Positions 1 to 12,707 of a stretch of 64,000 nt of DNA are shown one piece after another; position 1 is the stretch's first letter; each line of letters begins with the position of its first letter. The translations under genes were made by a program, and so were the position numbers. The DNA lies in assembly GCA_965644265.1 (NCBI GenBank), contig OZ286470.1:80290001-80354000 (forward strand), written 5' to 3'. Source of the DNA: Glycera tridactyla. Its lineage: Eukaryota. Under the pieces are notes generated by a model, which ran no database searches, was not told the origin of the DNA, and worked only from the letters and a program-made list of their open reading frames with translations.

Positions 1-64
1 CACTCTTGCGGGTGCACTTTCCACTGGTAGCTCAGGTATTTCTGCGGTTGTTCATCTATTTTCT

Positions 65-213
65 TTATATGACGTATGACCATATGACATGCAGCTTGTT
101 TTTGATATCATCTTTGACGTCCAGCACTTCTGATGAATGGCTTGAACACGAGTATGACCAGATGGTCACTGGGTTCTCTGGCTGTCTTTGTGGGGAGTGT
201 AGCATGCACTTGG
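65..213 (-). CDS. Candidate terminal coding exon of the minus-strand host gene (KCMLHSPQRQPENPVTIWSYSCSSHSSEVLDVKDDIKNKLHVIWSYVI*)
   Basis: Open frame from a CACAG| acceptor (phase 1) to TAA at 65-67. The polypyrimidine tract is weak and no homolog was recognised. Confidence 0.25.
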
Positions 214-240
214 CTGTGCTGTGAGGCCACTTTACTGAGG

Positions 241-420
241 TGGTCCCTATAGCTCAGCGTGTAAGTCAGCGAGCTCCTCCACAGGCTAGGCGGTTGGTGC
301 CATGCTGGAGGTCCCAGGTTCAAATCCACAAGAAGAAATCGGTTGATTTCTCAAAATGTAATCAGTACATTTCAATGGTGTATCGTCAAACACAGTTTCA
401 TATAATCATCTCCCATTGCG
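241..420 (+). mobile_element. tRNA-derived SINE
   Basis: A-box-like TAGCTCAG at ~250 and B-box GGTTCAAATCC at 317-327. The body motif GTACATT(T/C)CAATGGTGTAT recurs at ~28785, ~31335 and ~49995. Confidence 0.7.
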
Positions 421-629
421 TGAAATTTCACAAAAATACACTGTCAATGTTTAGTATGGACTTGGATGAGACTGATATGGTGCATGTGGGCTGATGACTG
501 ACATGACTAGCCAAGTTGTAGGCACACATTCCATTGGTAAAGAGTTAAAGGATGCTAGATGACAAATAAATCCAAGAATCGGTGATACAAGTGCACTATA
601 ACAGAATTTGCTGAAACCTGACACTGATA

Positions 630-807
630 CAGTAAAACCTGTTTTGAGAGACCACCCCAAATGCCAACAAAAAGTGGTCTCTCAAGACGGGTGGTCTCTC
701 ATTGGAGTTATATTTGACTATATCAAATAGACAAGAGCCGATAAAGAGCGGTCTCCCAATAGAGGGTGGACTCCCAAAAGAGGGATCTCCCATGACAGGT
801 TCCACTG
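630..807. mobile_element. MITE family A (Tc1/mariner-pogo type, TA TSD)
   Basis: TA|CAGTAAAACCTG...CAGGTTCCACTG|TA with internal GAGACC/GGTCTC repeats. It is inserted into an older copy of the 3021-3181 element. Confidence 0.85.
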
Positions 808-967
808 TACAACCACCCTACACTCCCAAAAGCACCAGGTACCAGATTTGACACTCTTAGCCTGATTCCAGAAACTTTCGGATTTCAAATTTTGTGACAA
901 ACTTCCTGATCTCAGGAAATTCCCTGAGGGACATAATGGCTAGGATTTGATCGTTTTAGAAAAAAAA

Positions 968-1070
968 ACACACACACACACATACATGCATGCGTGCGCA
1001 CACATACAACACACACATCACACACACATGCATGTGTGCATACACATGCATGCACCCGCACACATACACA

Positions 1071-1110
<40 letters not shown>
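968..1110. repeat. (CA)n microsatellite, partly interrupted
   Basis: Direct reading. Confidence 0.95.
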
Positions 1111-1113
<3 letters not shown>

Positions 1114-2019
1114 TGATAAGTGAAAAATAGTGGTCTGTGTAAAGCATATCTAACTGTGTGGTCAGCTATACAACTGCCACAATATTGGCAACTGGTGTAG
1201 ACCTCAACAACTCTGTTATTCCTGGTTGGGAAATATAATTAAAAGTAGCTCGTTCTATCACAGATGTGTCCAGATCATGACTGGAAGTAACTAACACTTC
1301 AATAAGCAGCCAATTCATTCCTCACTGATGGTAATAGTCCTGCCTTCCATTAGCCTGTACATCTCTGAATGTTACCAGGGCAAGGCATACGTGCATTAAA
1401 TATCATCCAAATAATATATCCATTAAGAGAGAGTGGCTACTGTTTCCTACTCCAGCAAAGGCCAATATTATAATCCATGTTGTTCTGGCGTCCACATGTT
1501 CGATGGTAGCGTTGTCATAGTTGGTGGTACTTGCTGTATGTATACCAATAGCTAACAGCGCTGGGTACTGAATTGGAGCAGTGGCTCAGTAGGGACTGTG
1601 TTCGTGGAGCTGCCAATGACTGTAATCAGATTGTGGCGGCCGGTAGCTTGCATACAAGCCTGCTCATGGACGAGCCAGCATGGGTATTAGCTCACTTAAC
1701 AGTATATATATACAGCTTCTTACTTATTAACAATGAGAACTTCACACACAGCTCTGAGTTCATACTCAGCTAAGCCCTAACAATAAAGGCTCAGGCATGC
1801 ATGAGAAGGTTACCAATATATATGGGGGTACATGAGTACCCCAAATTACAGAAAGAATAAGGAGAATTCCCCACTCCATGTGAGTCCCAATATTGTACAA
1901 ATCACGGGTAGGTAGGGATTCAGGTTTTACCCAACTCATGAATTTTCATAATAGTCAGTCAAGACTAACCTAAGCTTCTCATGCTTCTCAAGCTCTGCTC
2001 ATCAGGTTTGTTGATGCTA

Positions 2020-2230
2020 GTGTTGGCAATCGGTTGCATTTTGAGAATCGATTATCGGCTAGCCCAACCGATCGATTATTAATTATAATCGGTTTGCAAC
2101 ACTGGCACCACAACCACTACCTTGTTTCACCAATGTTTTGTCTCCAGAATCATACATATACATGTAGTATATAGAGCAGTCTCCTAGGGAGTAGGGTTTG
2201 GTATTGGGTGGAGCAAGTTGACAGCATTAT
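2020..2230. repeat. Old dispersed repeat; second copy at ~37141-37520, where it is interrupted by a MITE A
   Basis: Shared TAGTGTTGGCAATCGGTTGCATTTTGAGAATC and GTTTTGTCTCCAGAATCATACATAT blocks. Confidence 0.75.
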
Positions 2231-2853
2231 GACTTCACAGGAGGTTCAATGGCATGAATCACTCCAGAGGTTCATGTTTACCAAAATTAAAAATACACAA
2301 AGCACAATAATCTCCTGCTGCCATTTTCCCCTACTCTGTCACTCCATTGATTTTCCACCAATGAATGGTTGTCAGTAAATTAATCCTAAAAAAACATGAC
2401 TAACTCCCTATCACCAGATTCAGTCTCAAGCAGATTTGACTGTACATGTGAAAGACCTCCATATGAAGGCCACCTGCCTACAAAGGCCTTTACAGACTGA
2501 TTTGACTGTACTTGGTCTATATATGATCCTTTCAAGTACAATCATCTCTGAGCACATGTACAGCTAATGAGGAGCCAGTGGTTGCCTGTCGTGATATAGC
2601 TCCAGTTCATGATCTCCACTCACAAAGTAATACCTTGAAATATAACAAAAGCGTGACTTACAATATCACTACACTTGAAAACTAGATGTATAGGTATCCT
2701 GCTGTGGCACACGCACACACAAATCAACACTGGACATTTCTGTCTTCATTCCATATACGTAGAGACCTCCATCGTTCCAAAATAAATTCATTACATATTC
2801 TGTGCTACCAATGTGGCCCAAAGTACCAAGAAAATTCCACATCTCACATGATA

Positions 2854-3006
2854 CAGTGAAACTGTGATGAGAGTCCCCAAACAAGAGACCACCTCAGACA
2901 GGAGACCACTATGATCTTTTTGACTTCTGATGACCGAAATAATATTTGAGAGACCACCTCATGCTGACAGACATTCAAGGTGGTAACCTCCTTGTAGGTT
3001 TCACTG
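2854..3006. mobile_element. MITE family A, diverged
   Basis: TACAGTGAAAC...GGTTTCACTG with GAGACCACC repeats. Confidence 0.75.
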
Positions 3007-3020
3007 CATCAATTGGGTGT

Positions 3021-3181
3021 CAGTGATGCAAGTGCACTAAGGCACAATTTCCTGAAACTACCCCCATACTTCCAAAAGCACCATATCTGAAACTTTTAGC
3101 ATGATTGCAGAATTTTTTGGATTTTGAATTCTGTGACAAATTTCCTGAATTTCGGAAATTTCCCAAAAAATTGCATCACTG
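3021..3181. mobile_element. Non-autonomous TIR element with 6-bp TSD
   Basis: Perfect 11-bp TIR CAGTGATGCAA/TTGCATCACTG, flanked on both sides by GGGTGT. A related copy lies at ~581-930. Confidence 0.8.
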
Positions 3182-3460
3182 GGGTGTACATACCATCTCT
3201 GATTGGAAGGTAAGATCATTGACATCTCATCTACACTTCTTGTGTAATCATGAAATGCGAGTGTGAAACTCTAACCACTGAGAAAGCTATGGCCATGGAT
3301 ACCTGAAGCATGCGCTGAACAGTGGCACTCACATAAAAGGTAAACATGTAGATCAATGTAAGCCAATGAACCATACATAGACTCATATCAATGTGAACAT
3401 ATGACATTTCCCCCAGGCACTTTCAGTGCAGCATCAGATTTATTCAATATCATGCACATA

Positions 3461-3636
3461 CAGTCGGACCTGTCTATAAAGACCGCCTTCGGTTGCATCA
3501 AAAAGCGGTCTTTATGTGCAGGTGGTCTTTATAGAGAGGTCATTTACTGTTGAAAATACTACCACGGTTGCAGCTCAGGCGGTCTTCATAGAGAGGTGGT
3601 TTTTATAGAGGGTGGTCTTTAGAGCAGGTTCGACTG
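3461..3636. mobile_element. MITE family B (TA TSD)
   Basis: TA|CAGTCGGACCTG...CAGGTTCGACTG|TA with internal AAAGACC/GGTCTTT repeats. Confidence 0.85.
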
Positions 3637-4532
3637 TATTTTGATGAGTGGTCTTGGAGCAAATAAATGAGGAGATCGTTCAAATACATGTAGATAGATT
3701 GGAGCCTGCAATGACCACAATCTCTAAAGTCCTTGAAAATTGGTCCCATCAGACAAATATTTGCTGATTTCAAGTTCAGTAAAACCTGCTTGAGCGAAAA
3801 CCTATGCTAGGCAAAATCCTGTCTTAAGCACATAACCCATGGGTTGCCCGGACAATCATCTGTAGTGTATCATTCTACTACGACATGTCATTTAAGGAAT
3901 TGTCTTATGTAAAAGGTGCTTTTACAAAACAGTTGGTCTCACACTGGAGTCTCATTCAAGTGTAGCGACACAGGTTGCAGTATGGAGAGGACACAGTAGA
4001 GCCCTGCTGAAGCCTGCCAAGCTAGCCTAGCTTGTATTGTATAGTAGCTGCATGGTAATCCAGGGCATGGACAAGGTAAGCATGTTGGTAAGGTAAGCAC
4101 GGTGGTGAGCACAGCACTCAAGTTGCAATAGCACCACTCACTTCTGCAGGTACCCAACCCACCTGCCTGACACTTCCTCATACGCCGAGATTGATTGATT
4201 GATTGATTGAATGACAGCTTGCTTGTTTGTTTGAAATTTGATGTCATGTATCAACCCAGATGATTATGTATGCTGTGTGTTCCTGGTCAATGAAAGCTTG
4301 GTGTTCTCTCCCCTGTGAACACCAATCTCACAAACCCGACATTGGTTCATTTTAAGCGATAAAATGAGATAATTATCAGCGGCAAATCATGACCGAGAGT
4401 CCGATGACTTCCGGTTTTGTCAGCTACTGTTCATGGCCAACAACTGCTTCATTTTGAGCAAAGCAAAGTACCTGAAACCAGGAAATCATAGTTGGAGAAC
4501 TGAAACCTGGACTAAAAATTACCACAATTACA

Positions 4533-4905
4533 CTCAAATCTGCTTGAGACCACCTCTCTATGAAGGGCACCTGCCCACAAAGGCCACTCTGAGCTGCAAC
4601 TTTGAGAGAGTATCAAACAGTAAATGACCTCTATAAAGGCCTGCTAGTATTTTAAACAGTAAATGACCTCTATAAAGGCCAGCTAGTACATGTATTTTAA
4701 ACAGTCAATGACCTCTCTAAAATGAATTACCTATCAAGATCACTTATTGATGACCCGGAGGGTCCACCTGCCTATTAAAACGCCACCCTGAGCTGCAGCC
4801 GTGATAGTATTTTAAATAGTGAATGACCTCTCTATAGAGGCTGACTGCCTTCAAAAGCAATTTTCCTATGCAACCCAAGGTGGCCTTTATACACAAGTTT
4901 GACTG
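4533..4905. mobile_element. MITE family B with internal tandem expansion
   Basis: Repeated ACAGT(A/C/G)AATGACCTCT units; right end AGTTTGACTGTA. Confidence 0.65.
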
Positions 4906-5214
4906 TATCTTTCAAAGGGTACAACTGGCTGCCTAGAAAGACCACTTTCTCTGCGAGCAAGGGTGGTCTTTGAAGACAAGGTCAACAGCAATTAGCTGAC
5001 TGAATGATTTCTCATTTTCAGGAGCCAGCCAGCATCTCCCTGTAACTTTTTGGTGGCCAGTGTGATATTTGGTGACACACAGATACCCACAGGTCACAAC
5101 AACGAACCCTGGTATCAAACCTCCCTCATATACTATTCTTGCTGTCATCTCTTTCATTGTTCATCACATGCACAAGGAGACAAACTCAGATGTTCAGTGG
5201 ATCTGGAAAAAACA

Positions 5215-6120
5215 CACACTTGGTCATGCAAGACATATTTATTAATGCATGCAATATCATGCTCTTACATCTCAGTGGTCAATTACATCTCTGGACCAAG
5301 GAACACCAATGAATGGCTTATATTTAGACTATGCAAAAGCTTTCGACAATGTTCATATGGAAGGTGAAAGGACATGGTTGACAAATATGACCCAGAATAC
5401 TGAATCAAGTGAGATCGAAAGAGCAAAACATTAGTGGTGGTGAAATGAAAATATGCTCTTTGTTTCATCATGAATCGTCTTGGAACCAAGAACATCATAT
5501 CAACAATTAGCAGTAGTGTCTCACAGGTATCTATGCTAGGACCAGTCTTATTGTCTTAATTCTATAAAGGATCTGGATACAGTGATCTGATGAAATATCC
5601 TCAAGTTTGCCCTGAAATTGGAGATCCAACATGCAAGGCTGGACATATGCAAACAGATCTTCTCTGTTTGAGCCTTCTGAGTACGGAACTAGCTGCCAGA
5701 GCATGTCGTCAATCACTGTTTGAGTCCTCTGAGTACGGAACTAGCTGCCAGAACATGTCGTCAATCACTGTTTAAGTCCTCTGAGTACGGAACTAGCTGC
5801 CAGAGCATGTCGTCAATCACTGTTTGAGTCCTCTGAGTACGGAACTAGCTGCCAGAACATGTCGTCAATCACTGTTTGAGTCCTCTGAGTACGGAACTAG
5901 CTGCCAGAGCATGTCGTCAATCACTGTTTGAGTCCTCTGAGTACGGAACTAGCTGCCAGAGCATGTCGTCAATCACTGACTGAGTCCTCTGAGTACGGAA
6001 CTAGCTGCCAGAGCATGTCGTCAATCACTGTTTGAGTCCTCTGAGTACGGAACTAGCTGCCACAGCGTGTCGGCAATCAGTAAAGTGTGAATGAGTTCAA
6101 GAGCAGCATCGACATATCTA
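5215..6120 (+). pseudogene. Degenerate CR1-type LINE ORF2 relic
   Basis: Collinear RT motifs SCKTYLL, YLDYAKAFDNV, VSQVSMLGPVL and IKDLD, then C-terminal LP..VGN..SVNEFKSSID, with stops and frameshifts. Confidence 0.75.
5670..6080. repeat. 52-bp minisatellite, ~8 copies
   Basis: Unit GAGTCCTCTGAGTACGGAACTAGCTGCCAGAGCATGTCGTCAATCACTGTTT starts at 5670, 5722, 5774 ... 6034. Confidence 0.97.
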
Positions 6121-6959
6121 TCCAGTCTGTGATAGACAGAGGAGCAACAAAGGGCTACCTGCCCTCTCGCTCCTAAGAGCAGAAACTTTCAGACTGCATT
6201 TCAGGTGATTTCAGGAAAATATGCGAGAGAATAGTGAATGGGCGAGAAACACAAGTGGATCTTGCCACCCTAGACTGAGAATATTGTATCCAGGTTTCCA
6301 AAATTGGGGCAATTTTGTTCCCCCTTTGAATTCCGGAAAATGGGGTACTACTGAACAAAATTTCCCTTCATGGTTGCACTCAATATCAGAAAGTGTGGCT
6401 CTTATGTTTATTGCCAGGACAGGATGGATGATCAATAAATTGCATCAACTGCATGCATAGGCCCATTGGGATGCAACCCTACTTTCGGTCATTTTCAGCG
6501 CTCAGCTGGCCAATCGATTTATTGTAAAACTAATTTTTCAACAGTGCTGTATGTTGCTACCTGTGGGTAGAAATTTACCCTCTGGCTACAGTATTTTGAA
6601 AGTTAGGAGTCAGCAGGCCCTAAATTTTGAGAGGTTGCAGTTGGCTCCCAGATATCCCAGAAAACATGAATGACAGATGAATCTAATGTGAATTTTCACT
6701 TGAACCACACTACTCTCTAAGGACATCAAAAACATTTATATAAGTGTCACAGGTGAATGAGTAAGGATCTACAGAAGTCCAATCACGGAATAGCATGAAC
6801 AAACATCAACTAAAAGATAACAATCTACCAAACCTATGTGAAAGCTCAACCACTCTAACCACATCAGTTTAAATGCATCCGGCTACTCAATCAAGGCACA
6901 GCTCACCTGTGTGAGCTCACAATTGACTCAATAACCACATGAGCAGTAACCTATCTCAA

Positions 6960-7450
6960 ATGAAATAGATGGGTTGCAATTTTTCCTAGTGTGTTTGTGG
7001 GAAGTCTTCTGAACAGAGCTGAAGACATAGGGTAGGAGAGTGATCCTGCACTGGATTTACAAGTGAAGTGGTTAAGGCATTCTTTATCTCTGCTTTCGTC
7101 GAACTGATCAATCAACATGAGCATATAATCAGTTTGAATACCATAAGCATACAAGCAATTAGTATGGACTTGTCACGAACAAAAACATGCCAAAGGTCAT
7201 GATAATGAACAAAATTACTATCAAATTCCAGCAAGATAAAAAGTTGCGATGATATGATATATCCCAGGGATAGAAGTATTCCCGGAGTGAGATTCTGGGA
7301 GAATCTACCATCAATCGTACCATTTGTCTGAAAGTATTTGCGACAAATTGTCGTGGATAGATGAATGATTGCATGAAAGTTTGATAGTAAAACAAAGTCG
7401 TAGGAGGTAGGATGAATGTCAAGAGACCATTTGCTCTGGCAACCCCAGGG
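6960..7450 (-). pseudogene. Possible decayed rhodopsin-class (peptide receptor-like) GPCR fragment, TM5-TM7
   Basis: Three hydrophobic segments in TM5-6-7 order: GLLTFILPPTTLFYY, LIVILFIIMTFGMFLFVTSPY, LNH...YPMSSALFRR. They are interrupted by a stop and a frameshift. Confidence 0.3.
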
Positions 7451-7717
7451 TCCCGGCCTCAACAGGTGGATCAGCGAATAATAAAAGTGCCTGAAGTGTG
7501 TGTGTGCATACGTGGCTTATGCTCAATTTTCATGACCCTTCGACCCGTCGACCAGCAGATTAGTGGTAAGCTCAGGATTAGACGATGATCTTCTCAAATC
7601 TGCTCAGAGCCGTGCTCTTGGAGTGTCGCCACAGAAACCTAGTCTCATTAATACTCATTGCTTACTTTTGATTATCTTCAGAGCAGCTGCACTATGATGC
7701 CCTGTTAATTACCGCTA

Positions 7718-8301
7718 CAGTGAAACATGTGATGAGGGACCACCCAAGATGTCACCAAAATGTGGTCTCTCCAAAGAGGTGGTCTCTTGTTGGAGCTATA
7801 TTTGACATCTTCCAGATGCTAACTTCTCCATATATTGTCGGATTTCAGTTTTAATGGCACGAATGTATTGAAGAGGTCTTCTGACCATTATCAAATCAAG
7901 TTTCAGGGACTCTGTATGCTTTTGAAGAGGATTACGCCATCACTTTATTGCACTTATTCGACGAATCCGCCGGCATCATCGCCCCGTCTTCCCTATGTAA
8001 AACAACATAGATGCGGCCGCTGCACCCGCCGCAAAACTAGCGTGAAATCATCATATTTTGCATTGTAAGGTGGAATATACAAGGGAACTTCGCTGAGATT
8101 ACATTTCTAGTCGTCGGAAATGTACACAAAGCCTGTCAGCCAGTTTCATTGAAATCTTAACCAAATTCAAGATGCTAGGGCGAAAAACGTACCCACCACG
8201 ACATTGCTTGACAGACTAGCAGTTTGTCAAATAAGGGGGGTGCCTTGTCTCCTTTTGGAGGTGGTCTCTTGTCAGGGGGTCCCTCATCGCAGCTTTCACT
8301 C
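7718..8301. mobile_element. MITE A split by a ~410-bp insert (~7807-8224)
   Basis: The left half ends TATATTTGAC and the right half resumes GTCAAATA. Part of the insert (~8010-8190) is homologous to ~10000-10180. Confidence 0.65.
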
Positions 8302-8380
8302 TACTCAAAGACTCAAATACTTTCCACCATACAAGGAGCCGTAGAGCACCATGCTGCATCAAAACCTCAAATTTGATATA

Positions 8381-8523
8381 CAATCGAACCTCCTCTAAAG
8401 ACCACCTCTCAATAAAGACCACCCTGAGCTCCGACCATGGTAGTATTTTCAACAGTAAATGACCTCCCAATAAAGGCCATTTTTTATGCAACCAAAGGTG
8501 ATCTTTATAGAGAAGTTTGACTG
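8381..8523. mobile_element. MITE family B
   Basis: TACAATCGAACC...AAGTTTGACTGTA. Confidence 0.8.
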
Positions 8524-8893
8524 TAGTATGCTACCATAGAAATCTATATGTGTGATGGTCTTCCAAACAAGTTGAGAAGATATCGTGTATGCATATACAT
8601 AGATTGAAAGATGTCAAAGGTGTCTGAGTTCTGGTGCTCAAATTATGTTTCCATCGTTCAACCTACGGCCATTATGTATTCGACGTTTTTTTTTCCATCA
8701 GCCAACAAAAGATGTTTGTGAAGGAACTAGTTTCATACTTTGTCAAATCAAATGTGACAGTAACATTGCAAACATTTCAGTCATCGTTTCTTGTTTCATT
8801 TGAGTTATAATGGCAAGAATGGATTTTACAGGTCGTCCAGTGAATATAGAACCTGGTTTTGGTTGATCTGTGTGCTTTTGAAAGAGGATGTGC

Positions 8894-9107
8894 CAGGGCT
8901 CTACATTGCTACCAGTGGGTAGCCAATGTCTACCAAATTTACCCTCTGGCTACCATATCTTAAAAGTTAGGAGCCAGCTGCCCCTAAAATCTTGAGCGGT
9001 TGTAATTGGCAATGTATTGACTGGCTACCAAAACGTTGCAATTGTCATCAAAAATTTTGATTTGCGAGCCAGCTGCTCCTAAATACCTTGGCCAATGTAG
9101 AACCCTG
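8894..9107. mobile_element. Non-autonomous TIR element (CAGGGCTCTAC family)
   Basis: TIR CAGGGCTCTAC/GTAGAACCCTG with near-match 5-bp flanks TGTGC/CGTGC. Related fragments lie at ~6540-6655 and ~40305-40350. Confidence 0.7.
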
Positions 9108-9149
9108 CGTGCCTTCATTTTAGTGCGTTTTATGGCAAATCATCATTAT

Positions 9150-9790
9150 CAGCAAATCTCCGAATGGGAATCACTGGAGAAACAGCCACCAAACTCGTGG
9201 TAAAACCAGCATGAAAAAGAGTCATGGTGGATACAGCCATGTTTGAGTTGATACTGACTACAAACACCTGTAATATGTTGACATTCAACGATTGTGTGTG
9301 CTTCACTCCTACAACTGTTGAAATTGCTCAGTGTATCAAACAAGAACCAGCCAAAGGCAGCCTTTCTGTAACATGGCATGCTAGTGGTAATTAACTCTAG
9401 CAAACAAACTTGATTCAACCTCGCTAGATTTAAACTATAGCGGTTTGGATTTTCAAATGATGAGAGGCTCTGACATCGAGAGAAGCTCATGGAATATACC
9501 CCTTCTACCTGATTACAATTAGAAAACATGGTTTGTCTATTGGTGAACGTGTTGGTGCAAGAACAATATTTCCTGCAGCAAATTAGGCTGAAGTAGCCAT
9601 TTCCCTCCTTGAACTAAATTTTCATGCCTTAGCCAAGTGTATTGTCAGTTGACTGCCATTTCAAACTGGTGTATGGAGTTGCTGACATCAGAAATCTGGT
9701 TTGCAAAAGTATCATTGAATATCAACTCCCTATGACTACATGTTCACATCACATGATGATGCCAGTCATCTACTAAACTCTGTCAAATCC
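9150..9790 (-). pseudogene. Highly decayed L2-like ORF2 relic, homologous to ~60900-61175
   Basis: FNDTFANQISDVSNSI resembles the L2 linker F..KI..IR..I, followed by a weak NYRP-like segment. It aligns at nucleotide level with the 60.9 kb copy. Confidence 0.35.
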
Positions 9791-10201
9791 ATGTGGCGGG
9801 TACGTTTCATACCATAAATTTGACATTTTTTGTCTGATTTGAGATATAATGGCACAAATGTATTGTATAGATGTTCCGGCAATTCTGAATCTGGTTTCAT
9901 TTAGTCTCCATGTTTTAGAAGAGGATGGGCCATCATTTCATTGCATTTTTTCAGCGAACCCACTGGCATTATCGGTAAATATTTGTATGTAAAACAGTAG
10001 AGATACGACAGCCGCACATGCTGCAAAACCAGCATGAAATCGACATATTTGGTGCCCTGGGGTGAAATAAACAAGGGAAACTTGTTATGATCACATTTCG
10101 AGTTGCCAGAGATGTAGACATAGTCTTTGAGTGAGTTTCATTTAAATCTGATCCAAATTCGCGATGCTAGGGCGAAAAATTTTCATCAGGCAGTATAGTA
10201 G

Positions 10202-10922
10202 CAGGGCTCTATGTTGCGAGCCATGGGTTGCCAAGTGCGAGAAAAAACGATGGATGCGAGTGGGAAAAAAATCCGGTTGCCAGCTTGCGAACGCTGATCG
10301 AATCACCGACAATTGCGACTAATTTAGTCAATAAACTCACGAATACCACGATGCGAACGTATATTTCTCGCAACCACCATCTTGTCTCCTCGAACAACAA
10401 ACCTTATTCCCTGAGAGATCGCAGCGCACAAACATGATATAGAGGGAAAATCCGACAAGAGACCGGGGTTGTAGGGAATATGGTGCTAGAAATTCCGTAT
10501 AATTTATGTTAATGAAGGGTTTCCTGCCAGAAGCCGCGCTGATAAATTGCGCCTCGCATCTCTATTAGACATTTATTCGGCGAACTATACCGCAATTCAC
10601 CATTAACATGAAGCGAGAATACATCTTGTTATGGAAAAAACTACTGAAACCATGGTTGGGAGCTCGAATGGCATGGATTTGACGAAATTTTACCGAACGT
10701 GTCAATATTCGATGTACTTGGCCGTAATGGAACGGTTCACTCATGACTCGCACCAAGGACCGCCACCTTAGATTCCTTGAGGAGGGATAGTCATATGAAA
10801 TGAAAAACTGTCTTGGCGACCAAATTGAAAATCAGTTTGCTACTAAGAAAATGCCTGGTGACCCCAAAAAATTTTTTAGGAGCCAGCTGGCTCCTTAAGG
10901 TCCTTTTCAACGTAGAGCCCTG
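10202..10922. mobile_element. 721-bp non-autonomous TIR element with 5-bp TSD
   Basis: TIR CAGGGCTCTA/TAGAGCCCTG flanked by AGTAG on both sides; CpG-rich interior; no ORF. Confidence 0.8.
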
Positions 10923-11844
10923 AGTAGCTGTAATGAAATGAATCATAGTCAATCACGAAGTATTTGGTGTTTGATAGAAAAATGTGCAATAATGATAGCT
11001 CCGATTGTATATCAAATCGATGATTTCTTGATCAATTCAACCAGTCATCAATGAATATATATTTGAAGACTACCAGCGCAGCTGCTAATGACAAGATTGA
11101 TTACAGTGAACAGATCTAGGGTTCTGGAGAGATGGGTTCATGGGAAGTTATGAGCGGAGCTGAGTAGGGTGACTGAGTAGGGTTCACTGAATAGGGTGAC
11201 TATAGGATGGGCTAGCAGTGATATAGGGGCCAGGTCACCCTCCGTATACCAAGCAGCACCATTTTGCTCATCCTCACTGAATCTTACTACTGTCGCTTCC
11301 CTTTTTCTCGTGACCCCAGCTTTTTTAAATTTCTTGGGAACAGATGTATAATGACCATGCTCAGTTCATTTTCTTTCCTCATTCAGCTGTACATATATCT
11401 CACTTCATTTCAAAGATATGCAAAGTTAAGGCAGATAAAATCTTCATAAAAGCTCCATCAAGAAACTTCATACAATGTGAGTACTGAGAATCCTACATCT
11501 CAACATGCAGATAAAATCATATAAAAGTACTGATGCTGGTACATGCAACAGTGATATTTTCCCAAAACACACCAATGTTATTGCTGAAATATAGACATCA
11601 AATGAACAAAAGTACAGGATTTTCTGGTGATTATAGTCCATGAGTACATCCATGAGTGAACCATTCAGTAGTCACCTCTCTACAAAGAATACATGCAGTG
11701 ATGCATTTTCGGGCGCATCCAGCTCATTTCATGCACTTGAAATGAAGAAGGACTCATCAGCCAATTCACTGATGAGTCCCTGGGATGCAAGAGCAAAATG
11801 ACACTCCCATCAATTTTTATGAGCTGAGATGATAAAACTAAGTA

Positions 11845-12022
11845 CAGTAAAACCTGTCTTAAGTGAAAAGTCACGGGACCAAATTTTTCTTTCACTTAAG
11901 ACAGGATTTTGCTTAGCGCAGGACAATTAGAGTGAGAAAAAAAACATCCGGGCAGACCGTGGGATATGCGCTTAAGACAGGATTTTGCCTAGCGCAGGTT
12001 TACACTCAAGCAGGTTTCACTG
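11845..12022. mobile_element. MITE family C (TA TSD)
   Basis: TA|CAGTAAAACCTG...CAGGTTTCACTG|TA. It is an inverted homolog of 13610-13786 and sits inside an old repeat (~11698-12190) also seen at ~47770-47940. Confidence 0.85.
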
Positions 12023-12707
12023 TATTGACAAACAATAATTCATGAACAAGTGTTTGTGAATGAAATGGCCATCTGACATGAAAATCATTTCTGGCACTGT
12101 CTTATCCATTTCAGGACTCATGTGTTGCATCATGTGTTGCCCGGGACTCACTCCAAACAGTCAGTTGGGGTCCCTGGGATGCATCATCATTCTGTTGAAA
12201 ATACATCACTGTACATGTGTGTGTAAAGGCGACACATTCAAGCATTTCTATGCAGAAGTGACCTGTCTGCATGGACAAATTTGCCATGAGACCACCGTTT
12301 TGATTGTAAATGTAAAAACATTCCAGTGCACAATTATATAGTGAGAAAGATTCCTGAAAAAGAAATTCAGAATAAAATGATGTTTATAAAAGCGATCAAG
12401 TTCCTGAGAAATATAGACATCATGATGTGCAAAATAAGTAGAAACTACTCTGGAGGGTGAATGATCACTGAAAATATAAGTGAGTGATTCGTGACTGATT
12501 CCCTGGAACATATCGATGTGCAAAATTATCAAATTTGAATTGACTGGACGATAACCTGTGAAGAAAGAGTAAATTATCTTGATAATAAGTGTGATTCACA
12601 GAAGGAGACAAGGGTGACTGTGATCAGGTGCAAAAGGCACACGTCCCATGCATCATGCATGGACATATGGAGAAACAGACACGGTCCATGCGCCATTCAA
12701 TTCTGAC

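Noticed and set aside
241-330. Functional tRNA gene
   Set aside because: There is no consistent cloverleaf, the A-B spacing is long, and the downstream body is shared with dispersed copies, so it is a SINE.
5670-6080. Regular array resembling CRISPR
   Set aside because: The units are contiguous with no unique spacers, the context is eukaryotic, and there are no cas genes.
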